A DNA stretch of 64,000 bases, taken from NCBI GenBank assembly GCA_903860135.1, contig CAIOPG010000009.1:37916-101915 (forward strand), read 5' to 3'. Below are positions 26,358-36,893 of this stretch, one piece after another (the stretch's first letter is position 1; each line of letters opens with the position of its first letter). The translations under genes and the position numbers were made by a program. The stretch is from Candidatus Omnitrophota bacterium (GTDB lineage: Bacteria; Omnitrophota; Gorgyraeia; Zapsychrales; Fredricksoniimonadaceae). The notes below the pieces were generated by a model. That model was not told the DNA's origin, ran no database searches, and saw only the letters and a list, made by a program, of their open reading frames with translations.

Positions 26358-27994
26358 TGGATCAACTCCAATAATGACAAATTATAGGCAAACTGATGTT
26401 TTATAAGCACACTTGACCAGACATAATTTCCCGAAGAACCTGGACTATTATTGTGTTCAAGCTTGTCTGTTAACAGATAAAGTCTATCTGATTTGCATTT
26501 GTCATTAGAAAACCGTCCAGTTTCATGAGCGTCGACAATTATAATCCTAGGAAGTCCAAGATTAAAAAGAAACAGCAAGCCATTGTGAAGACCATTGTTT
26601 GAAATATCAATAAGGAGCGTTTGTTTATTGGTTGACGCGTGTGGATCCATTTCAAAAATATAATTAATTTGATCTGTGATTAGGAATAAAGAATTTGCCG
26701 GCATAGCAGACCACAACGGCGCATATAACCAAAGTTTTGGGATATTATGTGCCTTCATCTTGCCGAATTGATCGCTGAAAAAATATTGTTTTGGGAATGG
26801 GTATGAAGTTAAAAATAAGGAATATTGTAAAACGATCAGTATTGAAATAAGGGATAGAAGCGCACGACGTACAAGTTTCTTTTGGATAAAGTACACGCCT
26901 GTAGCTGTAACGATAGCCCAGTAGACGCACAAGGGAATGATGTAGGCAAAATCCTTCTTTACAATAAGTATCAAACCCGTTAATGGTACAAGAATAGCTG
27001 TCCCAAGGATTTGTTTGTGGATGTTTGTAGAACGCCAAATTAAAAAAATGGATCCGATAGCCAGAAAGAAAATGAACCAATAGCCAAGTAATATTTCTGT
27101 CAAAGATACAAAATAATACGTAAGGTGTACGAAAATAAATTTCGGGTTACTGACAACCATCTTATACGAATCCCAAACAGATGAACAGTCTCCTATTGAA
27201 GAAAATAGAATTGCTCGCGCCTGCGAAGACCAAAGATTTGTTGTTACCCATCTTTGATAAAACGGCCAAACAGAAATCAGAACAACCACTAAAGTAAGAA
27301 ACATAAAGAACAGGGATCTCTTGCGCTTGTAGTTTTCCGGAACAAGGAACAAAGCAAATATATAAAACCCAGCAGTTACGCGATCAGCGTATAGTCCCAG
27401 GATCATAAAAGCCCCTACCAGCATGCTTTCCAAAAAACGTGTGAAGAAGTATGAACGAAGGTACCAATAGAAGGCTACAACAACGCAAGCCGCTACAAAT
27501 AATTGGCTTTCAACAGAAACTGACAACATCCGGATAATCCAGTAACTTGAGAAAATAATAGCCGCCAACATGCTATAAAATCTGCTGTTGATCAAGAATT
27601 TCGTGGAAAAATAAACTCCGGACATGGCCAAAAATAAATAAAAGATATTAGTTAAGAAGAACCATTTAATAGTAAACAAGAATAATACACAAACATACAT
27701 CATCGGTACCAAGACAGGCCAATATGATCCGACTCCTTGCGTGAGGTTATGATCCCAAGGAAAATGGATAAAAGCACTAACCCAATCAGTCTTTGTGTTG
27801 GCGATCTGATGGTATGCTGAAGAAATATCAAGCATATAGACAAAGCAGTTATTAAACGTAAAAATAAAGTTTTTATCACACCAGAGCTTGGCCAAGGTCA
27901 GATTGATCAAAAGGACAACACCGAATAATATTAATACGGAGTATTTCTTTACGATGGTGAACGCTTTATGCATTTGGATACCCCGAAACGGCAT
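26354..27994 (-). CDS. Polytopic membrane protein, probable GT-C glycosyltransferase
   Basis: Many TM helices; similar topology to its neighbour; AT-rich. Confidence 0.55.
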   Translation of the reverse strand: MPFRGIQMHKAFTIVKKYSVLILFGVVLLINLTLAKLWCDKNFIFTFNNCFVYMLDISSAYHQIANTKTDWVSAFIHFPWDHNLTQGVGSYWPVLVPMMYVCVLFLFTIKWFFLTNIFYLFLAMSGVYFSTKFLINSRFYSMLAAIIFSSYWIIRMLSVSVESQLFVAACVVVAFYWYLRSYFFTRFLESMLVGAFMILGLYADRVTAGFYIFALFLVPENYKRKRSLFFMFLTLVVVLISVWPFYQRWVTTNLWSSQARAILFSSIGDCSSVWDSYKMVVSNPKFIFVHLTYYFVSLTEILLGYWFIFFLAIGSIFLIWRSTNIHKQILGTAILVPLTGLILIVKKDFAYIIPLCVYWAIVTATGVYFIQKKLVRRALLSLISILIVLQYSLFLTSYPFPKQYFFSDQFGKMKAHNIPKLWLYAPLWSAMPANSLFLITDQINYIFEMDPHASTNKQTLLIDISNNGLHNGLLFLFNLGLPRIIIVDAHETGRFSNDKCKSDRLYLLTDKLEHNNSPGSSGNYVWSSVLIKHQFAYNLSLLELIQ

Positions 27995-28021
27995 GAAAAA
28001 AAGCGGGCGCAGTTTCTTTAA

Positions 28022-29794
28022 TTACACCTTGGGCACAACAAAAGAAAATGTCGTTCCATGCCCCGGGCTTGAGTGGACAGCTACTTCTCCGCCGTGAGCC
28101 GCAACGATATGTTTGACAATAGAAAGCCCCAGTCCCGTCCCGCCCACATCACGTGCCCGTGCCTTGTCCACGCGATAGAAACGCTCGAAAATGCGCGGAA
28201 GATCTTTCTCAGGAATACCAATCCCGGAATCAATGACTTCAAAATGGATGTTCTTATCTCCCGGCAAGGCACGGACAATGATCTGCCCGTCAGCTGGAGT
28301 ATACTTCACGGCATTATCCAACAGGTTCAGAAAAACCTGTGACAGACGCGCCTCATCAGCCAATACCTTGGGTAATGTTGCGGGCAGATCCAACACAATC
28401 GTCAAACGTTTGGCTTCAACTGCCTTTTCAAGTATGGCCACGCACTTGCGGATCACCCCTGCGGCATCGACCGGGATTAATGTCATTTTCATTTTGCCGG
28501 ACTCGATCCTGGCCAGGTCGAGCAGGTCATTGATAAGATTGACCAGCCGATCGCTATTGTTATGGATAATACCCAGAAATTCTTTCATGGCTTGTGGATC
28601 ATCCATGGCGCCACCCAACAGGGTTTCGGTATAGCCCTTGATGCTCGCGACCGGCGTACGCAACTCATGCGACACATTCGCCACAAAATCTTGCCGGACT
28701 TTCTCCAGTCGGCGCAGTTCGCTAATATCATGGAATACCAGCACCGCACCTTCCAGTTTATCGGCAACCCTGACCTGAACCGCATTGACCCTGAAAACTT
28801 TCTCTTCGGGAAGCTCTGCGGTGATCTCGCGGCTGACCAAACGCTCTCCACCCAAAACCAGGCAGTCCACCATGTCCGTCACCGCGCTGTTACGGATAAC
28901 CTCGGCAACCCGGCGTCCGTCAACCTTGCCGGAGATCAGGAAGAACTTTCTCAAAGCCGCATTCATCAGAAGAACAGCGCCTTTTTCGTTTACAACCATC
29001 AGGCCTTCGGACAGGCTCTCGATCACAGCGTCAAGCCGCGCCCTTTCGCGTTCAATGGTTCTCAATTTGTCACGCACCTCATCAGACATATAGGTAAGCG
29101 CGTGTGCTAGGTCACCCAATTCATCACGCGAACGGATGGAGGGATGCCGGGTAAAATCTCCGACAGCCATGGCACGGGCCACAATGGACATCTCACGCAG
29201 GGGCTTTGAAACGATCACAGCCACGATCGATGTAAAGCCGAGACTAAAAATAAAGATAAGAAAAATAGCAACGGCAACAATCTTGACCGATCCCTCCTCA
29301 AGGATCTCAACATCTGTAAGCGGCATCGCCAGGCGAATGACCCCGGCGGTACGTCCCTGGCCAAAAGGCGATGCTACATAAAGTAGATATTTCTTTAATG
29401 TATAACTGTACCGCTTGCTGACACCCCATCCCGTCTTAAGCGCATCCTTGATCTCGATACGCGCGCCATGATTTTCGACAGTTTTCAGCGCCGCGTCGTC
29501 TAAGTCTGAATCTCCCAGCACTTTCCCATCAAGACCAACGATCGTAACTCTAAGGTCAAGTTTACTTCCCATACGGTGAGCCATGACCTGCGCGTCAAAA
29601 AGCCCGGTCTGATCGCTCTGGTGCGTCTCCACAAAATCACGAACCAGCGTAATCTCACGCTTCATGTTCTTCTGAAGATCCCGCTCAAGGTAAGCTGTCA
29701 AATGAGACGAGAGATAAAAATACCCCAGTAAAAGCCCGACCATGACCGCCGAACAAAAGAATACCGTCAGTTTCCAGTGAAGATTAATTTTCAT
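28022..29794 (-). CDS. phoR: PhoR-type sensor histidine kinase (HAMP-PAS-HisKA-HATPase)
   Basis: FVANVSHELRTP, NLLDNAVKY, FERFYRVDKAR, GGTGLGLSIVKH. Confidence 0.88.
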   Translation of the reverse strand: MKINLHWKLTVFFCSAVMVGLLLGYFYLSSHLTAYLERDLQKNMKREITLVRDFVETHQSDQTGLFDAQVMAHRMGSKLDLRVTIVGLDGKVLGDSDLDDAALKTVENHGARIEIKDALKTGWGVSKRYSYTLKKYLLYVASPFGQGRTAGVIRLAMPLTDVEILEEGSVKIVAVAIFLIFIFSLGFTSIVAVIVSKPLREMSIVARAMAVGDFTRHPSIRSRDELGDLAHALTYMSDEVRDKLRTIERERARLDAVIESLSEGLMVVNEKGAVLLMNAALRKFFLISGKVDGRRVAEVIRNSAVTDMVDCLVLGGERLVSREITAELPEEKVFRVNAVQVRVADKLEGAVLVFHDISELRRLEKVRQDFVANVSHELRTPVASIKGYTETLLGGAMDDPQAMKEFLGIIHNNSDRLVNLINDLLDLARIESGKMKMTLIPVDAAGVIRKCVAILEKAVEAKRLTIVLDLPATLPKVLADEARLSQVFLNLLDNAVKYTPADGQIIVRALPGDKNIHFEVIDSGIGIPEKDLPRIFERFYRVDKARARDVGGTGLGLSIVKHIVAAHGGEVAVHSSPGHGTTFSFVVPKV

Positions 29795-30473
29795 GATCCT
29801 GCCTAAAGCGGTAACCCGCGCCGATAACAGTTTCAACCAGATCGCCCACAGCTTTCAGTTTAAGACGCAACCTTCGCACATGTGTGTCGACCGTCCGCGT
29901 GTAAACATCCGCGTCGATGCCCCATACATCATTTAATAGGACTTCACGTGACTGGATACGGCCCGGACGCCCCATCAACAGTGCTAGCAGTTTAAACTCC
30001 ATGGCTGTCAGCACAACTTCCACGCCATCGACCGTGACCCGGTGCCGCCCCTTGTCAAGGATCAACGCCCCGGCTTTAAGGACATCCACATCTTCCACCG
30101 CTATCCGGCGTCGAAGGATCGCTTTCACGCGCAAGACAAGCTCACGCGGGCTAAATGGTTTGACCATGTAATCCTCGGCCCCTAATTCCAACCCCACGAT
30201 CCGATCGACCTCTTCACCTTTGGCTGTCAGCATGATCACCGGCACATCGGTCAGATCGGTATCTTTGCGCATCCGGCGGCAAACCTCCAGACCGTCAACC
30301 CCTGGCAGCATCACATCCAAGATCACCAGATCAAACCCCTTGCGCCCAAGCAGGGCCAAAGCATCCTCACCGGAGGCCGCGGTTTCACAGGAAAAACCCG
30401 CCTTGTCCAGGTTATACTGGATCAGCCGGGCAATATCTTTTTCATCTTCAACGATCAATATTTTTTTAGTCAT
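29784..30473 (-). CDS. phoB: PhoB/OmpR-family response regulator
   Basis: REC domain (LD.MLPG, KPFSPREL) and OmpR wHTH (RTVDTHVRRLR). Confidence 0.82.
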   Translation of the reverse strand: MTKKILIVEDEKDIARLIQYNLDKAGFSCETAASGEDALALLGRKGFDLVILDVMLPGVDGLEVCRRMRKDTDLTDVPVIMLTAKGEEVDRIVGLELGAEDYMVKPFSPRELVLRVKAILRRRIAVEDVDVLKAGALILDKGRHRVTVDGVEVVLTAMEFKLLALLMGRPGRIQSREVLLNDVWGIDADVYTRTVDTHVRRLRLKLKAVGDLVETVIGAGYRFRQDHEN

Positions 30474-30605
30474 ATATTCTTTAATTTTATATATTAACAG
30501 AAATAGCTTACCCCCGTCAAAAGCATTAACCAAAATTATACCCCTCCGGTATTCTCTTGGGGAAGGTTTTGACTTTTATAGTTGGCTTTGTTATCCTGAG
30601 AACCT

Positions 30606-31541
30606 ATGAAAAAAATAAAAGTTGCTGTCATCGGCGTCGGCCATCTGGGGTCACGCCACCTAAAGACATATCACCAGATGAAAGACCAGGTCGAGATCGT
30701 CGGGATAGCGGATCTTCATAAAGATAACGGGCAAAAACTTGCGCGTGAATACCGCACAACCTTCTTCCCCGATGCCCAGGACCTTATCGGTAAAGTTGAC
30801 GCTGTTAGTATCTGTACGCCTACGACCAGCCACTGCGCCACGGGCCTTTTGTTCCTTAACGCCGGCATCCACGCCCTGATTGAAAAACCCATTGCGATGA
30901 ATATCGCCGAGGCGGATCTCCTCGTCAATGCCGCCAGGGACAATAATGTTAAGCTCCAGGTTGGGCACATCGAGCGTTTCAATAATGCCTTTCAGGCGAT
31001 CAAGGACATCGCCCGCGATGCCCTTTTCATTGAATGCCACCGCCTGAACAATTTTCCTAACCGCTCGCTTGATATCGGTGTTGTGATGGATCTCATGATC
31101 CATGATATTGACATCGTCCAAGGGCTTATCAATACGCCGATCACAGATATTCAGGCCATCGGGATCAATGTGCTGACAGATCTCGATGATATCGCCAATG
31201 TCCGACTGACCTTTGCCAACAAAGCCGTTTGCAACCTGACCGCCAGCCGCGTTTCACCTGAGGTCATGCGCAAGATACGGATATTTATCCCCAACGCGTA
31301 TATTTCCCTCGACTATGTTAAGCAGGAAGCCTTTATCTACCGCAAAGACGGCACCGCGATCACCCGCACCGCCTTGCCTATTGAGAAAGAAGAACCCTTG
31401 CGCCGTGAACTTGCGCATTTCCTTGAATGCATCCGCGACGACAAAAAACCGCTCGTCTCTGGCACTGAAGGCCGTGACGCCTTAAAGACAGCCCTTGATA
31501 TCCAGAACATTATATGGACCCAACACCTCAAACGCTCCTGA
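30606..31541 (+). CDS. Gfo/Idh/MocA oxidoreductase, GnnA-like
   Basis: GVGHLG, IEKP, GHIERFN, DLMIHDID motifs; overlaps lpxB. Confidence 0.8.
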   Translation: MKKIKVAVIGVGHLGSRHLKTYHQMKDQVEIVGIADLHKDNGQKLAREYRTTFFPDAQDLIGKVDAVSICTPTTSHCATGLLFLNAGIHALIEKPIAMNIAEADLLVNAARDNNVKLQVGHIERFNNAFQAIKDIARDALFIECHRLNNFPNRSLDIGVVMDLMIHDIDIVQGLINTPITDIQAIGINVLTDLDDIANVRLTFANKAVCNLTASRVSPEVMRKIRIFIPNAYISLDYVKQEAFIYRKDGTAITRTALPIEKEEPLRRELAHFLECIRDDKKPLVSGTEGRDALKTALDIQNIIWTQHLKRS

Positions 31542-32647
31542 TCGTCGCCGGTGAAGAATCCGGTGATATGCGGGCAGCGTCCCTTGTCCGTGAGATCGCG
31601 GCTCTTTGCCCCGGCACACGTTTTGTCGGCATCGGGGGCAATCGCTGCCGTGAAGCAGGCGTGGCTACGTTCACCGACATTACTGAATTAGCCGTCATCG
31701 GTTTTACCGAGGTGATCCGGAACTTCGCCAGGATCAAACGTGTTTTTGACCTGACACTGGAACGCGCCAGGACTGAACGCCCGGTGCTCGCTATCCTGGT
31801 GGATTACCCCGGCTTCAACCTGCGCCTTGCCAGGGAACTTAAAAAACACGGCATTAAAGTCATTTATTATATTAGCCCGCAGGTCTGGGCATGGAAAGAG
31901 TCGCGCGTGGCTATTGTCAAAAGCAATGTCGACCGCATGATGGTATTGTTCCCTTTTGAGAAAGATCTTTACGACCGCCACGGTTATACGGCTGATCTGG
32001 TCGGACACCCTCTGGTCGATGAAGTCCACGCGGATATCACGCGTCATGAATTCCTTAGCCATGCTGGACTTGATCCACACGCACCGGTCATTGCCCTGCT
32101 ACCTGGATCGCGCGCCAAAGAAATATCACGCCACCTGCCGGTGATGCTCGCCGCCGCAAGCCTTATGCGGCAAAAACGTCCCGATATCCAGTTTATCCTG
32201 CTCAAGGCCAAAAATCTGGATCAGGCATGTTTTTCACCGTGGCTTCATCTCGCGCCTGAAAAGCTTAAAATCACTGAAGATTATTACAATGCCCTTGGCA
32301 GTTGCAACAGCGCGGTCGTTTGTTCGGGTACCGCAACACTCGAAACAGCCCTCATGGGAAAACCGATGGTTGTTGTCTACAAGACATCCTGGCTCACCTG
32401 GCATCTTGGAAAGTTTCTTGTCAAGATACCGTACATCGCTCTGGTTAATATCGTGGCTGGAAAGAAAATTGTGGAAGAATTACTGCAAGCAAATGCCTCA
32501 CCGGCACACCTTGCCGCTGAGGCATTAAAAACGCTTTTTCCATCTGATAAACTTCTACAAGAACTCGTCCGCGTTAAACAACTTCTGGGATCTCCCGGAG
32601 CCAGCCGCCGCGCCGCCTTAATCGTACGTGAAGAACTTGACCGTTGA
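31514..32647 (+). CDS. lpxB: Lipid-A-disaccharide synthase
   Basis: AGEESGD, DYPGFNL, SPQVWAW, FPFE, VGHPL, LPGSR, SGTATLE motifs. Confidence 0.96.
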   Translation: MDPTPQTLLIVAGEESGDMRAASLVREIAALCPGTRFVGIGGNRCREAGVATFTDITELAVIGFTEVIRNFARIKRVFDLTLERARTERPVLAILVDYPGFNLRLARELKKHGIKVIYYISPQVWAWKESRVAIVKSNVDRMMVLFPFEKDLYDRHGYTADLVGHPLVDEVHADITRHEFLSHAGLDPHAPVIALLPGSRAKEISRHLPVMLAAASLMRQKRPDIQFILLKAKNLDQACFSPWLHLAPEKLKITEDYYNALGSCNSAVVCSGTATLETALMGKPMVVVYKTSWLTWHLGKFLVKIPYIALVNIVAGKKIVEELLQANASPAHLAAEALKTLFPSDKLLQELVRVKQLLGSPGASRRAALIVREELDR

Positions 32648-32659
32648 CGCAACGTCTGA

Positions 32660-33448
32660 TCAACTAATGCTGTCTTTGACCATATCCCAGAAAGTTGCCG
32701 GTGTGAAACGTCCGATATATTTTGTCGCGCCTGCTTCCATGCAGTCATTCTTGGCTTGACTAAGATCCTCGATACCCTGCATACTGCCGATATCTTCAGG
32801 AAGGAATTGAGTAAAAACCATGATCTGTGTGTTGGCAAGACGCGCGAAACAGCGCAAGGCACGGATAACATCACGGCTGGGGACATCCCCCTGGATCAAG
32901 GCATCCACCACCACTACCCGTGGCGTCAAGATCAGGCAGTTGGACATAAATTCAATAGGATCAGAACTGACACCGGCGATACAACCCTGTTCTTGAAAAA
33001 TTCGGGCTATCTGTTTGTTGATTTCCAGATTTGCACCCAAGACCAGCGTTTGTTTATTTTTGCGAACCAGGTCGGCGCACGTAAAAATATAATCAACTTT
33101 ATGGATAAGTTTTACAGAATCAAGTGGTTTAGGGAGAAAATGTTCAACACCCAACGTCTGAAAAGACTCGCGGAAAATGCGACTGTCTGTGATGATGACA
33201 ATAGGGATATGGGCCAGCAGTAGATCCTTCTTGAGTTCCTTATAAAGATCTACACCATCCATGATCGGCATCACAACGTCGGTCACGATTAGATCCACAG
33301 GATCATTCTGAATGATATCCCAGGCTTCCTTACCATTACGTGCGGTGCGCACATCATACCCTTGTTCTTCGAGTTTCTGACGGGCAAGCGCGACAACCGT
33401 GGGTTCATCATCAACAATAAGGATCGTCTTGCGCATATCTATCTCCAT
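32660..33448 (-). CDS. Response regulator (REC plus degenerate second REC)
   Basis: VDDE, TDVVMP.MDG and KP motifs; second half is REC-like. Confidence 0.8.
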   Translation of the reverse strand: MEIDMRKTILIVDDEPTVVALARQKLEEQGYDVRTARNGKEAWDIIQNDPVDLIVTDVVMPIMDGVDLYKELKKDLLLAHIPIVIITDSRIFRESFQTLGVEHFLPKPLDSVKLIHKVDYIFTCADLVRKNKQTLVLGANLEINKQIARIFQEQGCIAGVSSDPIEFMSNCLILTPRVVVVDALIQGDVPSRDVIRALRCFARLANTQIMVFTQFLPEDIGSMQGIEDLSQAKNDCMEAGATKYIGRFTPATFWDMVKDSIS

Positions 33449-33476
33449 TAACTTATATTATTGAGTAAACCGATAC

Positions 33477-34823
33477 TTATTCTATGACAAGATGCAAATT
33501 ACGCACCTTATTTTTATAATTTTCGAAAAACTCCTTGATCCGAGGATCGAGGATAATGTGCTGGCGCAAGATTGGACGTTTGAGCACAATGCCTTCGAGC
33601 GTCGTACACCGCGACAGAGCCACATAGGTCTGACCGTGAGAGAATGTGCCGCGCCCGACGTCAATGACGACCTGTGAAAATGTTTTGCCTTGAGATTTGT
33701 GGATGGTCACCGCCCATGCCAGGCGTAAGGGATACTGCCGAAACGACCCCACACTTTCAGAATCAACACGGGCAAGTTCCTTGTCGTAGATAAAACGGAA
33801 CATCTCCCAGGTGAACGGTAACACATCCACCTCAGATCCGTCGGACAAACGTACCCGCACCGCATCCTCTCCCTCACTGGCCCCGCGCACCACCGCTACA
33901 ACCTGCCCGATGGACCCGTTAACCCAGCGGCCGAAAGGATCATTGTTTAAAAGCATCACCTGGGCACCGGGCTTTAACTGCAAATCTTCGTGCGTCGGAA
34001 GATTCTTTTTTTCAAATTCACCGGCCAGCACACCGCCATACGCGTACGTCTTTCCTGTGGTGGTCGCCAGACGCACCTTATTGATATTATCGGCAAGGTC
34101 ATTGGTCGTTGTCAAATAAACATGAAAATCCCCCTGCGGCGGCTGGAAATCAGAATGACAGCGCGCATTCAACAGAGCCATATCCTCAGCTGTGACCGTA
34201 TTGTCACGAACAGCGTTCAAAAGCCGGATAAAACGATCTTCTGTCTGACGGTAAACTTTGGAAAGCTCGAGAAGTTCAAAGTTACATTCGCCAAAAACCC
34301 TGGCATCAAAGAAATACGGGCTCGGATAATGACCGTCAAAGATCTCGCGTTCCACCCTTGTCACCACGGGTGGCAACTGGTGCAGATCACCAACAAAGAT
34401 CATCTGGATGCCGCCGAACGGTTGCTTCCTCTCGGGACCGTTGTGCCGCAGGAAGACATCAATACAATCCATGAGGTCAGCCCGCACCATGGACACTTCG
34501 TCGATGACCACCGTATCAAGCCCGCGCAGAAGATCCTTCTGTCCCCGGCGCAAACGGATAGATCTCGCTAGGTCTGGCGTGATATCCGGCCTGAAATTAA
34601 AGAACGAATGAATGGTCTGGCCCTTGATATTGACCGCCGCAACTCCGGTGGGCGCAAGCACCACAACATTCTTTTTGGTGCTCGAACGAAAATATTGCAG
34701 TAACGTCGACTTGCCTGTGCCCGCACGCCCGGTAAGGAAAATGTGCTTCGTTGTTTCTTCAAACATATCGAAGGCACGGATGAAATCAGGATTTTTCTCA
34801 ATACGGTTGGAGTCAATATTCAT
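33477..34823 (-). CDS. Pif1/RecD-like SF1B helicase
   Basis: GRAGTGKS, IDEVSM, GDLHQLPPV, AWAVTIHKSQG, YVALSR motifs. Confidence 0.9.
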   Translation of the reverse strand: MNIDSNRIEKNPDFIRAFDMFEETTKHIFLTGRAGTGKSTLLQYFRSSTKKNVVVLAPTGVAAVNIKGQTIHSFFNFRPDITPDLARSIRLRRGQKDLLRGLDTVVIDEVSMVRADLMDCIDVFLRHNGPERKQPFGGIQMIFVGDLHQLPPVVTRVEREIFDGHYPSPYFFDARVFGECNFELLELSKVYRQTEDRFIRLLNAVRDNTVTAEDMALLNARCHSDFQPPQGDFHVYLTTTNDLADNINKVRLATTTGKTYAYGGVLAGEFEKKNLPTHEDLQLKPGAQVMLLNNDPFGRWVNGSIGQVVAVVRGASEGEDAVRVRLSDGSEVDVLPFTWEMFRFIYDKELARVDSESVGSFRQYPLRLAWAVTIHKSQGKTFSQVVIDVGRGTFSHGQTYVALSRCTTLEGIVLKRPILRQHIILDPRIKEFFENYKNKVRNLHLVIE

Positions 34824-34851
34824 GGCTACATTGTACACGCCAGAGGGGGCA

Positions 34852-35496
34852 TCACCTAGAGGATTTTTGCAACCGTCGCTGTTCCAGGCGGGTTTTGATC
34901 ATTTTAAGGACAAAAAAGGCTTCACGGGATTGCTCTTCGAGGGCATCGTTGATGTATTTGATCGTGTCCGCGTAATCCGGGAGGTATATCTGCTCAAGGG
35001 CATTGACCCGGCGCACGGTTTTCTTGACTTCGGCGGCGAGCCTGAGCAGGGTGGTTTTAAGTTCGGTCATAGGCCCGAGTAATTTCATAACATGCCGGAA
35101 TGCCGCTACGGCTTCATCGAGCCAAATGCTGGTTTCTGTCAGGCTGTAAGTTGCCATGGGCACTGCGGGTGTGACAGCTATAACCGGTAAATGAACACCG
35201 ATGACATGGCGTTGATGCAGCTCGATCTCAGTGAAAACATTGACCGCCTGTGCTGCGCCGTTGATCCGCACACGCCCCATACGCATCATCGCCGCGTCAA
35301 GCGTTGCATACGCCACCTGTAAAGCGTCATCCACGTCCTTTTCAGCCGCAGAGGCTTTAGCAGCAACCGCCAGCAGTTCCGCGACAAGGATATCGCGTTT
35401 CTGTTCGAGCAAACGGTGACCTTCGTGCGCGAACGACTGGTCACGCCGGACTTTCAACAGGTTGGTCTTGGTGGGCGCCACATGATATCTGGCCAT
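34852..35496 (-). CDS. ntpD: V/A-type ATP synthase subunit D
   Basis: PTKTNL..GH.LL.QKRD, RRVNALE motifs. Confidence 0.92.
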   Translation of the reverse strand: MARYHVAPTKTNLLKVRRDQSFAHEGHRLLEQKRDILVAELLAVAAKASAAEKDVDDALQVAYATLDAAMMRMGRVRINGAAQAVNVFTEIELHQRHVIGVHLPVIAVTPAVPMATYSLTETSIWLDEAVAAFRHVMKLLGPMTELKTTLLRLAAEVKKTVRRVNALEQIYLPDYADTIKYINDALEEQSREAFFVLKMIKTRLEQRRLQKSSR

Positions 35497-35499
35497 GGC

Positions 35500-36891
35500 T
35501 CACTTCCCGTAGAATTTGTTGATCTCCTCAGCCGTGATCCGGTGCAATTCCTCGGGTGGCAAAAGGGACAAGATGGCCCAACCAAGATCAAGGCTTTGAT
35601 CGAGGCTTCTGTCCTCATGACGGCCTTGTGTCAAAAAACGCTGTTCAAAGGCATCGCCAAATTCAAGGTAACGCCGGTCAATCGTTGACAACTCCTCTTC
35701 ACCGATAACAAGGGCCAGCGACCGCACATCTTTCACCCGCGCGTAACAGGCAAAAAGCTGGCTGGCCAGATGCGGGTGATCTTCGCGGGTCATGCCGAGG
35801 CCAATATTGTCTTTCATCAGGCGTGACAACGAAGGTAAACCGGCGATCGGCGGATAGATCCCTTTCCGGCTCAGTTCACGCTCAAGCACGATCTGCCCTT
35901 CGGTGATGTAGCCGGTAAGGTCAGGGACCGGATGCGTGATATCATCATTGGGCATGGTCAGGATCGGTACCTGCGTGATCGAACCTTTCAGACCCCGGAT
36001 GATCCCGGCACGTTCATACAAACTGGCCAGATCGCTGTAAAGATAACCAGGGTAACCTTTCCTGGCCGGGATTTCGCCGCGCAGGGTGGATATTTCGCGC
36101 AACGCTTCGCAGTAATTGCCCATATCCGTCATGATAACTAGAACATGCATCTCTTTCTCAAAAGCCAAAAATTCAGCACAGGCCAGTGCCGCACGCGGGG
36201 TCATGATCCTTTCGATCGACGGGGCATCGGCGAGGCTCAGGAAGGTCACCACTTTCTCAAGAACGCCGCTTTCTTCAAAAGAATCAATAAAGAATTGCGC
36301 GATATCATGTTTGACTCCCATGGCCGCAAAGACAACCGCAAAACCTTCGGTGTCCCCCATGATCCTCGCCTGCCGGGCGATCTGGGCCGCGAGGGCATCA
36401 TGCGGCAGACCGTTACCCGAGAAGATCGGCAATTTCTGGCCACGCACCAGCGTATTCATGACATCGATCGACGAGATGCCTGTCTGGATGAACCGGTTGG
36501 GATAATCGCGGGCCGTAGGATTGATCGGAAGACCGTTCACATCCGCTGTTCTTTCCGGGATTGGCGCCGGCATGTGATCGACCGGTTGCCCGAGCCCATT
36601 AAATACTCTCCCGAGCATCGCCGTTGAAACCTCTAGCGTAAACGCGCGCCCCGTGAACTTGACCCGCGGCACAGCCAGCGAAAATCCGCCAGTCCCGCCA
36701 AAAACCTGCACCACCGCCAGCCCCTTGGCCACCTCAAGGGTAATACCTTGCCTGGTCACGCCCTGCGCATCGACGATTTCAACAAGCTCGTTATAACCGA
36801 CATCATGTATCCCTGCAATGACAAACAGTGGCCCCGTCACATCGTGGATGCCGGTGTAATCGCGGTTGTTGTATAGAGATAATGTCGCCAT
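35500..36891 (-). CDS. ntpB: V/A-type ATP synthase subunit B
   Basis: [44 protein letters not shown] motifs. Confidence 0.96.
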   Translation of the reverse strand: MATLSLYNNRDYTGIHDVTGPLFVIAGIHDVGYNELVEIVDAQGVTRQGITLEVAKGLAVVQVFGGTGGFSLAVPRVKFTGRAFTLEVSTAMLGRVFNGLGQPVDHMPAPIPERTADVNGLPINPTARDYPNRFIQTGISSIDVMNTLVRGQKLPIFSGNGLPHDALAAQIARQARIMGDTEGFAVVFAAMGVKHDIAQFFIDSFEESGVLEKVVTFLSLADAPSIERIMTPRAALACAEFLAFEKEMHVLVIMTDMGNYCEALREISTLRGEIPARKGYPGYLYSDLASLYERAGIIRGLKGSITQVPILTMPNDDITHPVPDLTGYITEGQIVLERELSRKGIYPPIAGLPSLSRLMKDNIGLGMTREDHPHLASQLFACYARVKDVRSLALVIGEEELSTIDRRYLEFGDAFEQRFLTQGRHEDRSLDQSLDLGWAILSLLPPEELHRITAEEINKFYGK

Positions 36892-36893
36892 GA

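Noticed and set aside
30474-30605. Pho box in the phoB / gnnA-like divergent region
   Set aside because: No convincing 11-bp-spaced CTGTCAT-type repeat was seen.
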